Shown here: positions 14,220 through 24,679 of the stretch, in pieces
How positions within the stretch are numbered: position 1 is the stretch's first letter
How the letters are laid out: the number at the start of each line of letters is the position of its first letter
Assembly: GCA_043228905.1 (NCBI GenBank)
Contig: JBHGNT010000009.1
Coordinates: 7,006,001 to 7,070,000 of the forward strand
Direction: 5' to 3'
From: Azolla caroliniana
Taxonomy: Eukaryota; Plantae; Polypodiophyta
Length of the DNA: 64,000 nucleotides
Program-made: the position numbers and the translations under genes
The notes under the pieces: generated by a model
What the model was told of the DNA's origin: nothing
Seen by the model: the letters and a program-made list of their open reading frames with translations, nothing else
Databases searched by the model: none

Positions 14220-14520
14220 AAAACCGGCTGGTAAACAAATCCAGAAACCGGCCAGTAAGCAAATCCGGAAACCGGTTGGTATGCAAACCGAAAACACGCC
14301 GGTAAGCAAAACCGGAACCGGAACCGGCAAGAAAACCGGAATCGGAACCCTCAAGCAAAACCGGAACCGCAACCGGCAAGCAAATTGGAACCGGAACCGG
14401 TGGGCAAGCAAACCAGAACCAGCCGACAAGCAAAATTGGAAAAGGAACCGGTCGGCAAGCAAAATGGAACCGGTCGGCGAGGGATTCGGCGATCGGGCGG
14501 AACCGGCTACTGGACGAGGT
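14220..14520 (+). repeat. AACCGG-rich degenerate tandem repeat inside the LTR
   Basis: Repeated GCAAA..AACCGG(AACCGG) units are visible directly. Confidence 0.8.
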
Positions 14521-14825
14521 TGGACGCGGACGGACGGAAGATTGAATCATGCAACAAACTAAAGTTAAGTGAAGAGAACTAAAATAAAGGCCATGTGGAC
14601 GCAAGCAACTAAAGTTGGAGTGCATGCAAAAAGTAAAGGTCATGTGGACGGTCACATGCAACTAAACGAAAAAGCCATGCAACTAAAAGAAAAAGCTAAG
14701 CAACAAAAAGTAGAGGCCATGCAGATGATCAAGGGAGAACTCCATATAAAATTCCATTTTTTTTCCTACACTCATGCTCTCTCCATATATTATATTGTTT
14801 TTCTTTTCCTTCTGGGCTCCCCTAT

Positions 14826-14950
14826 CTTATCGAAGCCATATCTCTCAAGTAAACCCTAATTTTCTTATCGAAGCCATATCTCTCAAGTAAACCCTAATTT
14901 CCTTACGGAAGCCATATCTTACTCATAACCCTAAATTTCCATACGGAAGC
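14826..14950 (+). repeat. ~37-bp tandem repeat with AAACCCTAA (telo-box-like) motifs inside the LTR
   Basis: TCTTATCGAAGCCATATCTCTCAAGTAAACCCTAATTT occurs twice, plus degenerate copies. Confidence 0.8.
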
Positions 14951-17900
14951 AATTCAACTCATAAAACCATAATCCCTTATCAAAACCAAAAACCCTAATT
15001 TTCTATAGAATTCATATCTTAATTTCCTCTAATCTATTACTCTAGCCATCTCCATTAGCAAACTTTTTGTAATCCCAATCTTGGGATTAATTATAATCTT
15101 TCTTTCTACTTGTTAATGAAATTTGTTAATCTTTCTCATTTCGGTTAATTCTTAGTACATAAATACATGAATTTGATATCCTCTAGTCAAAGGCCCCAGG
15201 GTCTTGCCTCAATGTTCATGTATCCTCGTCGTATTTTCACGACACCAGGCCTTGTATCGGTTGACGGAGCCGTCAGTGTTGTACTTTACCTTGTACACCC
15301 ACCTACATCCGATTGGCTTCACACCTTTTGGTGCGTGAACCAGGTCCCAGGTTTCATTTTCGGCCAGTGCGCGCATCTCTTCCTCCATTGCGGCACGCCA
15401 GTTCGCGTCTTTCGCCGCTTCTGCGTAGCTCTCCGGCGCACGCACTTCTGCTACAGGCGTCATGTACGCATAGTGATGCGCCATGTAGTCATTATAACCG
15501 AACCGCACAACTGGCTTCTTCTGGCAAGTAGATCGACATAATTGCTCATTAGCCGATGTTGAGGCTTTCATGCTCTCAAAGACCCATCTTCACTTCCCTC
15601 GGAGTCGGACTCGCGTCGATCCGACTCGTTCCTATCCGTGATGTAATCCAACACCTTTTTCTTCCCTTTTTCCTTGCGCGTAAGCCATCTCCTCGGTTTC
15701 CTGCGTGGGGAATGCACGACCGAGTCTCCACTACTCGCTGGCTCCTCATCAGACTGGTCGAACCACCTCTATCGTCCATTCGGTCCACTTAACCGAAATG
15801 AAATCGGACTCTCTCCGCGGGTCCCGATTTGAGGCTCATCTGGAGGCATCTCGGCCTCGCTGACCTTATCGTCAGAACTTAGATTGGAGGTGAGGTCCGG
15901 AGTCAGAGGCAAGTACAAGGACGCGGACTCGTCAAACACAAAGTCGCGGTTCACGCGGGCTTGTTTGGTGCGTGGGTTATAACACTTATAACCCTTCTGT
16001 TCGTCTGAATAGCTGACCAAGATACACTTCTCGGCTTTCGCGTCCAACTTCCTCCGTTTCTCCTTCGGCACATGCATATACAAAATGCTACCAAAGACTC
16101 TCAAGTGTCGTAAATTCAGCTTCCTTCCGAAATATAGCTCATGCGCCGACACTTTGTCTCCGATCCGATTCTAGATGTATACCGCGGTTCGTACCGCCTC
16201 GACCCAATAAAACTTGGGCAAGCTCTTTTCTTCTAGCATTGCCCGTGCCGCTTCCACATCAACCGATTCTTCCTCTCGGCCACGCCATTTTGCTCAGGCG
16301 TGTATCTACAACTGAATTCGCGCCGAATTCCCATCTGTTGCAGATAGTTGTTGAATTGACTGGAAAAGTACTCTTTTCCGCCATCCGACCGCAGGCACTT
16401 GATCCTCCGTCCTGTTTCCGTTTCCACGAACCCTTTGAGGTCCCGGAAACAGTCGAAGACTTCACTCTTCTTCTCGAGGAGGTAGATCCGCGTGTGCCGC
16501 GTATAGTCGTCGATGAAGGAGACGAAATATCGACTCCCGCCAAGACTAACGTTCTGTGCCGGCCCCCATACATCACAATGTATCAGGTCAAGCTTGTTCC
16601 GGCTCTGGTTATGCTCGTTTGGGAAAGGTAGTCAGTGTTGTTTCCCTAGTTGGTAGGCTTCACAAATTTGTGCCTTCCGGCCACTAAATTTGGGCAATCC
16701 GAACACCACCTATTTCGATTGCAGGTCCTGAAGTTGTTGATAGTTGACGTGGCCTATCCGCTTGTGCCATAAGTCGATATCCGACTCGACTTTCTGTCCT
16801 TTCGCGAACATTGCGGTGCCACCGTCACTAGAGTCGAGGATAAACATCCTCCCGTCTCTGCGCCCTTGCGCAATAACTCCGCCTTCTTCCTCGATGAAGC
16901 ACCTCAGATGCGTGAACCGGACTTGCATCCCCTGGTCAACGATCTACCCGACGGACACCACGTTCTTTGTGATTGTCGGGACGTGTAACACGTTCATGAG
17001 TTTCCCTTTCTGCCCGACATGGCTTAGGGGAACTTCACCGACATTCGCGATCGGATGCGGAGTGTCGTCTCCGATTGCGACTACTCCCGGTTGCGTCGGT
17101 TTCTCAAGGTATGAGAACCACTCCTTGTGGCACGTCATGTAGTTTGACGCGCCGGAGTCGATGTACCACACCTCGTCCGATTTTGGGGTGGACTTCTTCA
17201 TCGAGTTTGCTTCGTGTCTTGTCACGAAGGCTGACCCTTCTCCGGAACCTTTGGCGTAGTGTGATTTCTGCTGACTACCCTTGTCGGTCTTTCCCGAACC
17301 TGATCCAAACCCAGTTCTCTCTGAATCGGCGCGCTTTTTCCAGCACTCACTCTCCCTGTGGCCTTTCTTGCCACAGTACCAGCATTCCGCGGTGGATTTC
17401 CCTTGCCGATTCTCGTCACCTCGACTCCCCCTGTTCCGGAGGGTTCGGAATTGCTGTCGGCATCACTTCGGTGCCTTCTTCCTTGATCCCGTCGGCCACC
17501 TCCATTGCGCACCGATTTGCCTCGTCCGCCACGACCACGGGGCCTATCTCCCTCCATGTACAACATCTTGCTGTCGGCATGCGTTCTCGTCAACGAACCC
17601 GCATGTTTCTCCTCTATAAGGAGCATCGATTTTAAGTCGAAAAACAACGGCGTATTCTCCCGTGTACACACAGCAGTTCGGAACGCTCCGAACTTCGACG
17701 CCAGTCCCCTGAGACAGATTTGCACCATCTCGCCTTCCTCAACGTTCACATCGATAGAGGCTAGAGAGTCGCATATATCTTTGATCTTCGAGGTGTAATC
17801 AGCCACCGACAAGTCGCGTTGTCGTAAATTGCTCAGCTCCTGTCGAAGTTGAAGCTTCCTGGTTGTGGTGCTTGCGGCGAAGATCTTCTTCAGATTTCCC

Positions 17901-18354
17901 CAAGCATCTTTTGGCGTTTTCGCATCCTGAATGTACCTTAGGAATTGTTCGCCCACCCAAGACGCGAAATAGTACAGCACTCTGCTCGCCGATTGTTCCC
18001 AAGTCAGGAAGTCTTTGTGTATCGATTCGGGTGCTGTGTCATTTGCTCCATCGACATAGCTCCAGTAACCGTGCCTGAGCAGGTACTGGTGCATCTTGTA
18101 GGACCAAGATGCGTAGTTGTTTCTATCGAGCTTCTCCGTCAGAAGCGAGCTAGCCATGCCTCCATCCATGCGTTTTACCTGTTCTTCTCGGTTGGTTTTT
18201 CTTTTCAAGCTATGTCGGCTGCAGAGGTTCTCAACCCTCACGCTTTGATACCATGTAAAAGATTATGTGCGGAAGCAATAGAAAACCAAACACAGAGAAA
18301 ATGCGCAGGTTTAATGAAGAGCTTGAATATACACAGTATGCGGGAGAGATAGAG

Positions 18355-19962
18355 AAAAGAAAGAAAGAAAGAAAGATATATTAACGTCTTCTAAGGCCAA
18401 AATTGGCCCATGAGACAAATGGTGTACAACAAAAATGGGATATTTACCCATTCATCGAAAGTAAAATAAAAATAAGATAAAATAGAGTTTAAGCTAAATA
18501 GTTCTAAGAAAACAACAAACATGTTCTATATAAAAAACATGTTCTACAATGAGAATGATTCTATACTAGGCCTAATTTCATTTCCATCCAAGTCTCTCGA
18601 AGAGAAGCGGGGGGTCAAAGGGTTGCCATGTGGATGTGGCCCGTGGTCCCCATGTAAGAGGTACCCCAACCATAGCTTCGAGTCGACGTAGCTCACGTTC
18701 CCTTATCTTCTTAATCTTTTCTACTCCACGTTGACTTGTGTTGAAGCCCAACATCCGAGGACGTTTGGTTGCTCTTTGTATTTCTGCTTCCTCAAGGGAG
18801 AGGCCGAGCGGCATAAGTGTATCGACATTCATCGTCTCCCCATGTTCCTGAAAAATTACACTAGGTACATGTTGATGAGTAGTAAAAGGGTTATGATTAA
18901 CACTTTGTAATTTATCCTCCCTATGTTGTTTTAGCTCTAAGATATACCTACCTAGTCTCTTTACACTCGGGGTATCTAATAGTTTGGAGAGGGTGGGAGA
19001 GGGTCCTAGTATGTCTTGGTATTCCGCCCGTATCTCGGCATAAGTTGGGCACTTGCATGTGAAGTGATACTCATCCTCTATCTCTATGTGGCATAACCTA
19101 CATAGCCTTTCCTCTCTAGGGACTCTATTAGCTCGACCATTCTCAATCTCAAGTTGGTGAGATGATATCCTAAGTTGTCCAATGGCCACCCTTAGTGCAT
19201 TTGATAAGAAAGTATCTAGGTATCTTGGTCGTGTAATAAACCCTAACTTAGAGAAGTGCAAGAAGTGTTCCTTATAGTACACCATTTTAGATGGGAGTGG
19301 CTCTCGTGGGGTGATCCATTTGTATCGAGTGTAGATTTGCCATATTTCTTGGCGTATCACTTTATTACGATCTTCACAAGAGATTAAAGTTTGATCAGTC
19401 CCATGGTTGTACTTAAGGGGAGGTAGGTTATTAATGTCTATGCCATTTGCAAATAACCAACTCACCACAATGCTATACCAAGAGTTAGTGTCTCCAGACA
19501 CATGTAAGGATCGGGATGCCTCAAAGGCTCGACGGGATATCCTATCTTGTGGTTGACTATGTATCCGATGAATAAAAGCTACCACCTGAAAGAGTGCTTC
19601 TACTAACATCGGGGGTAGGCTAAACTCCGCTCTAATAATGTCATGTGGTACTGTCGATTTGCTTCGGAGTTGACGTGATAACATCACCACTAAAGGTCTC
19701 TCCAATTGCGTCCACATGAAAGATGGTAGACCTGGAGCCCATACTACTGATGCATACATGAGGGACGGGGTCACTAATGAGTCGAAAAGCCATCCCTTAG
19801 TCCGTGGCTCTTGAAAGTATGCTTGGTGGCATTGTCTCTCTAAGAGTGAGAGGGATGCATATCCTCTCGTTAGCCTATCTTTGGCTGCCTGGGTCATCGA
19901 GAATTTACCTGAGCGAGCACTAAAAGTGACTCCCAAGTATACATAAGATCCCACCACCTCAA
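18355..19962 (-). mobile_element. 5'-truncated LINE (RT C-terminal part, RTEX/L2-group-like), inserted in a Copia LTR
   Basis: ORF 18578-19957 starts with YVYLGV (end of RT) and has RISSHQLEIENGR...RLCRLC...EDEYHFTCKC. 3' tail is (CTTT)n at ~18355-18375. Confidence 0.85.
18578..19957 (-). CDS. LINE ORF2 C-terminal fragment (459 aa open; RT thumb and Cys/His motif)
   Basis: Uninterrupted ORF with no native start (5' truncated). Confidence 0.75.
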   Translation of the reverse strand: MVGSYVYLGVTFSARSGKFSMTQAAKDRLTRGYASLSLLERQCHQAYFQEPRTKGWLFDSLVTPSLMYASVVWAPGLPSFMWTQLERPLVVMLSRQLRSKSTVPHDIIRAEFSLPPMLVEALFQVVAFIHRIHSQPQDRISRRAFEASRSLHVSGDTNSWYSIVVSWLFANGIDINNLPPLKYNHGTDQTLISCEDRNKVIRQEIWQIYTRYKWITPREPLPSKMVYYKEHFLHFSKLGFITRPRYLDTFLSNALRVAIGQLRISSHQLEIENGRANRVPREERLCRLCHIEIEDEYHFTCKCPTYAEIRAEYQDILGPSPTLSKLLDTPSVKRLGRYILELKQHREDKLQSVNHNPFTTHQHVPSVIFQEHGETMNVDTLMPLGLSLEEAEIQRATKRPRMLGFNTSQRGVEKIKKIRERELRRLEAMVGVPLTWGPRATSTWQPFDPPLLFERLGWK

Positions 19963-20365
19963 CTAGTTTATGAACACAGAACTCAATTCAAAATAATACT
20001 CAATCAGTTCATAGTATGTGCTTAGTGAGCACTTTTATACAAGCCCTGACAATCGGGCTGACACAACTACTGACATTACTTGACTGCTCATAAGTGAGCC
20101 TCGACACTCCCAAAATTATTCCTTTACGAGGAATATCTCTCTAATAGCCTTTCAGTTTACACACCGATATGACATTTCGTTACGCACTGATTTGCATACC
20201 AGTTTACGCATCCGTTTTACGCACCGGTCTGGCCTAACCGATCGGTCCCAACCGATCCGGTTCTCGGCTTGCACAACCGATCCGGCCAATGTTGAGCTTT
20301 TATCTCAACAGAAAGCTAGGAGTTTGATATCAATATGTGAGATAATTTGTTTTTTGAATTCGAGA

Positions 20366-21521
20366 TATGTGCATAATGCAGAATCCATATGTGATAAAAG
20401 GAACAAGCTCCAAGGAACCTTCAAACTTCGAATTGCGACTCGCATACTTCTTTCATAGCTTGAATCGCATCAATCTTGGTTGGTGACGGTCTTCGGTCGT
20501 AGGGCCCACATAGATGTTTGATTACCAATATTTCTTCTTGCCCAAAAGTCGATTTCTCCCCGGAAAGTGTTAGGTGCACATCTCCTAACTTTCGAAGCAC
20601 TTTCTCGCAATCACGAATATGGTCGACTACGAACTTTCGGCATCCCCGATCATCCTTAGTTTCATCTTTTTCTTCTACCGCGCATCCTCTCATCGTAATG
20701 TCATCTAGGAAAGACATCGTTATCTCTGGAATGCAATCTCGAAGCACCTTGTTCATCGCATTCATCATATGTGCCACCGAGTTTGTCGCTCCTTGTGGTA
20801 CTGTGCACATTCGGACTAATCCTATCGGTGTTCGCATGGTAGTGATTTCTCGGCTCTCCACAACTAGTTGGAATTGGTCATACCCTGAGTATAGGTCTCC
20901 GATGGAGGATATCGAACGACCAGCAAATGCTTCCGCAAATTCGTCCACTATCGGACCGACTCCGGAGTTCCGGATCGTGACCTTGTTCACCGGTTGCAAG
21001 TCTTGGATAAATCGGAGTGACCAATTCTTCTTTGGAACCGTAAACCATCGATTTGAGTACGGAGCATTTGATGGCTCTAGAATCCCCATCGCCACCTTCT
21101 CCTTGAGCATGTCGATGATTTTGGGAATATGCGCCCACGGCATCGGAATCGGCTTTAGGTTCCACGAAACATGGTCAATCATGAAGATCACCATCGACTC
21201 CATTATCTTCATATCAACGCACCCTATCTCCTTCGATATGAATGCAAATGCTTTCCCATGTTGTTCCAACATCCCACGGAATCGTTCTTCTTCATTTTGT
21301 AAAAGGAAACCACCTCCACCGATCCGAAGTTTCTTCCGGGTCTCATCCGTGAAGGCATATCCGATATCCACGGACTTCCGAAGTGTCGGATCTCCCGAGA
21401 CTTTCCTCTTTTGCTCACTATCGTCAAGTGATGGTCTTGCGGCCGGTTTCACTTTCTTCTCCACGGTCTTGTATTTCGTACTTACCATTGCTTCTTCTTT
21501 GCGGAGTGCATGCGGCCAAGG
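20366..21521 (-). pseudogene. Isolated Gypsy RT fragment (tRNA-Trp group) embedded in an LTR
   Basis: ORF 20421-21488 (WFTVPKKN, GDLYSGYDQ, FLDD). The flanks match contiguous positions ~25193-25246 and ~25261 onward of the sister LTR. Confidence 0.85.
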
Positions 21522-21779
21522 CAGAAAAAAAATAGAGGGAAAAAATGGGACATATATCGACCTCTTTGTTGATCCTCCTACCCAATGTTACTTTGCATAC
21601 CCACTTTTAGTTGCATGGCCTCTACTTTTAGTTGCATGCTTCCATTTTTTAATGCATGCCTTTTACTTTTAGTTGCATGGCCTTGGCTTTTGGTTGCATG
21701 CGACTGTCCATATAATTCGGCCAAATGACACAATCATCCATAAAGTTTAGCCCGTGCGCAATCCGTATGGGCGTCGCAA

Positions 21780-22640
21780 CCAAACCGTAGACGCGTTCGC
21801 GTGCAAAAGTCCTGACCGCGCAATGTACGCATCCACGCACGTGCACGTCCAACCCGCACCGTGCACGCATCCGCACGCTCGTCCACATACACGCGTCCGT
21901 CTAAAACATCCATGCGGTCGTGCACGCATAGGGCCCGAAACTTGCACACACGCGTACGTCCGAAAATGTCCACGTTGTCGTGTATACGCGTGTACGCCCA
22001 AAGCGTCAACACAGTCGTGCATACACGCGTACGCCTGAAGCCCACACACGTGCGCGTCCAACCCGCAGCGTGTACGCATCCGCGCACTCGTCTGTATACA
22101 CGCGTCTGTCTAAAACGTCCACGCAGTCGTGCACGCATAAGCTCGAAACTTGCACACGCATACGTCCGAAAATGTCCACGCGGTCGTGTATACATGCGTA
22201 CGCCCGAAGCGTCAACACGGCCGTCCATACGCGCGTACACCAGAATCCCACGCACGTGTGCATCCAACCCACACCGTGTACGCATCCACGCGTCCGAAAA
22301 TGTCCACGCGGTCGTGTATACATGCGTACGCCCGAAGCGTCAACACGGCCGTCCATACGCGCGTACACCAGAATCCCACGCACGTGTGCATCCAACCCAC
22401 ACCGTGTACGCATCCACGCGTCCGAAAATGTCCACGCGGTCGTGTATACATGCGTACGCCCGAAGCGTCAACACGGCCGTGCATACGTGCGTACACCAGA
22501 AGCCCACGCATGTGTGCATCCAACCCACACCGTGTACGCATCCGCGCGTCCGTCTAAATCAAACACGCGGCTGTGCACGCGTAAGCTCGAAACTTGCACA
22601 CACGCGTACGTCGAAAACGTCCACGCAACTGTGCATATGC
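21780..22640. repeat. CpG-rich minisatellite (206-bp and 128-bp periods) in the 3' LTR
   Basis: CGTCCGAAAATGTCC recurs at 21957, 22163, 22291 and 22419. The sister LTR has only ~1 unit (25470-25710). Confidence 0.9.
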
Positions 22641-23077
22641 CCAAAGCATGCACACCACACAATGTAGCCCAAGTCACCTTGAACATTCTATGCTCCACAC
22701 ATTGATAGAATGAATATGTTTTGGTTTCCCTTATATATCCTGTGTTCCAATGTTGACCTATCTATGTGGGATATCTCACAGTTTTGTATTTTTTTCCTTT
22801 TTCTCTTCAAACTTCTCACTCACATAACTTGATACTTCTTTATCCAATTCATGCGTGCTAAAATACATTATGAAGGTCTTGAACACATCTATCTTCCCAT
22901 ATCAATACATTAAGCTAATCTTAAATAATTGTTTTACTAGTTTTCATATCGTGTGTGAAAAACCACATGACATTCACCCCCACCAAACTTGCACATCCAC
23001 CGGTATGTGCCAATTGTGGTGAGGTTCCTCTTTTAATTATTCTACTTCATCGATGTTTCTTCTTTATACCCGAACCG

Positions 23078-24679
23078 TCATTGCCATCTAATCCACCATA
23101 TTCTTCGCTCACTCTTTGCATTTCCGTGGTTGGTTGCCATGGCTCCCTTTTCTCCTATAGAGCATAATGCTTCATGCTTTGTGGATGTGCCACCTTCATC
23201 TCGATCATATCCTTGGTCATCTAACTTTCTTTTATCATCCTTTCTTGTTCCATGCATGCCTTTCAAAGGCTTTAGCGAAATACTATTGTTGAATACTCTT
23301 AGTGGTCCATTCTTCAACTGCATGCTCACCTCGAGGTCCTTAAGTGAACACATTTCATGCTTCTCACTTTTTCTACTTTCGTGGTATACTGTGGAGTTGA
23401 TCATGACTTCCTTGTTGCACGCACTAGCTTCAACCCTTGCTTCCTCGCCGCCACCGTCCTTCTCTTGGGTCTTACATCGGTTAATGCCCAAGTCTCGCAA
23501 ACGAGTGTGGAGGGATTTATACGATTTTGTAGTTTGCCATTGCCTTTGTCGTGCTACCCTTAGCCACTTCCACCTTATGGTTGTTCGCATTGGCTTTGAT
23601 CTTTGCTTTTTCACCACCACCTTCCGTCTCTTGGGTCTTACATCGGTTAATGCCCAAGTCTCAAGAACTTTTGTGGGGAAAGTCTCTTCATCATCATCGT
23701 CTACCCTCTTCATCTTGATGTCTCCCTCTTCTTTGCATGTGTTAGCTTCGGCCTTCACTTCCTCGCCGCCACCTTCCATCTCTTGGGTCTCACGTTTGCT
23801 TTCCGACGCATTTGCCCAAGTCTCTGGAACAAGTGTGGAAAAAGTCTTGACACGGCCATCCGCCATTGACTCGTCCATAGCCACCTCTAACTCGATATCA
23901 TTTTTCATGGCTATCTCCTCAATCACGTTGGCCTCGCACTTTTTATCTCCCTTGATCATGCAAGCTTTGCTTATGCTTGCACCTTCATCACATGATGTTT
24001 CAGACATGATGCGTGTTCTGAAACATTTGTCCTCGCTTGAAGTGGCATTTGCCACCCTTGATTCATTGGTTTCATTCTTCGTCATTGTTTCTTTGCAAGA
24101 CGAGAAGGCGTCTTGTTCCACACCTTCTCCCGTGGTGTTGTCGTACCGAACTTGGGCCTTCGTATTGGTCGTATCATTACTCCACCTTTGTTGGGAGATC
24201 TCTTCTTCCTTGATAACCATTGTAATCGGTTTTGGTTCCATAATAAGATTCTCTTTGGCCTCGATTTGCACGTTCAAATTCTCATATGCCTCGTTTATGA
24301 AGGCCTCTATGTCGAGTACTATCGAACCTTCCCTCTTCAAGCTTTCTTCTTTAGATGGTAGTTTGAAGTTGCTTCCTGTCCTCCTTTCACCATCCCTCAT
24401 GGGTTGTGTTGTTGTCGATGAGAATCTTGTCTTCCTCTTATCGTGTAGTTGACATACTGTTTCCACTTTCGTCCAATCCTCTGTGAGGCCATTTGCACCA
24501 TCATCATCCTCAAGTCGGATTCCAATGGCCTTCCTTTCCTTCCGATTGATTGACTTCACAAACATTAGAACTTTATCCACCCCCACCAATCTTTGATCCT
24601 GCTCCGAGAGTTGTGCAAAGAGACACTCGAACTCAACGAAAGCATGCATGGCACTTTGGTGGGTCTTCATCGATGACAC
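23078..24679 (-). pseudogene. Gag-like ORF with long acidic extension, N-terminus deleted/disrupted
   Basis: VLMFVKSI...GLTEDW motif shared with autonomous Gag. Homologous to the 560-aa array ORF. Confidence 0.8.

Larger units (their letters stand above)
12580..15244 (+). mobile_element. Gypsy (tRNA-Trp group) 3' remnant: integrase pseudogene, PPT and 1344-bp 3' LTR (13901-15244)
   Basis: ORFs 12537-13791 are homologous to the integrase at 62300-63521 (HQG..CKEC, ADRGE, YNPEANGKVERGH, GPY). PPT GGTGGGGGCGAA. LTR termini TGTCGTG...CACGACA. Confidence 0.9.
15245..20310 (-). mobile_element. Copia element (second family), 5' part: 5' LTR 18254-20310 split by a LINE, PBS 18241-18253, gag, PR, integrase, RT start
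   Basis: The LTR begins TGTTGAGATAAAAGCTCAAC at 20310 (minus), like the 52904 LTR. PBS TGGTATCAAAGCG. gag ORF 17222-18241, WYIDSGAS protease, integrase, CRWVYKVKYN RT. Confidence 0.9.

Noticed and set aside
21734-22705. Long overlapping ORFs in several frames; superficially CRISPR-like periodicity
   Set aside because: Stop-poor minisatellite with no unique spacers and no cas genes, in a eukaryotic context.
23130-24452. 440-aa Ser-rich plus-strand ORF (also 20518-21672, 28654-29259 and repeats)
   Set aside because: Antisense shadows of gag/RT frames with no independent motifs.
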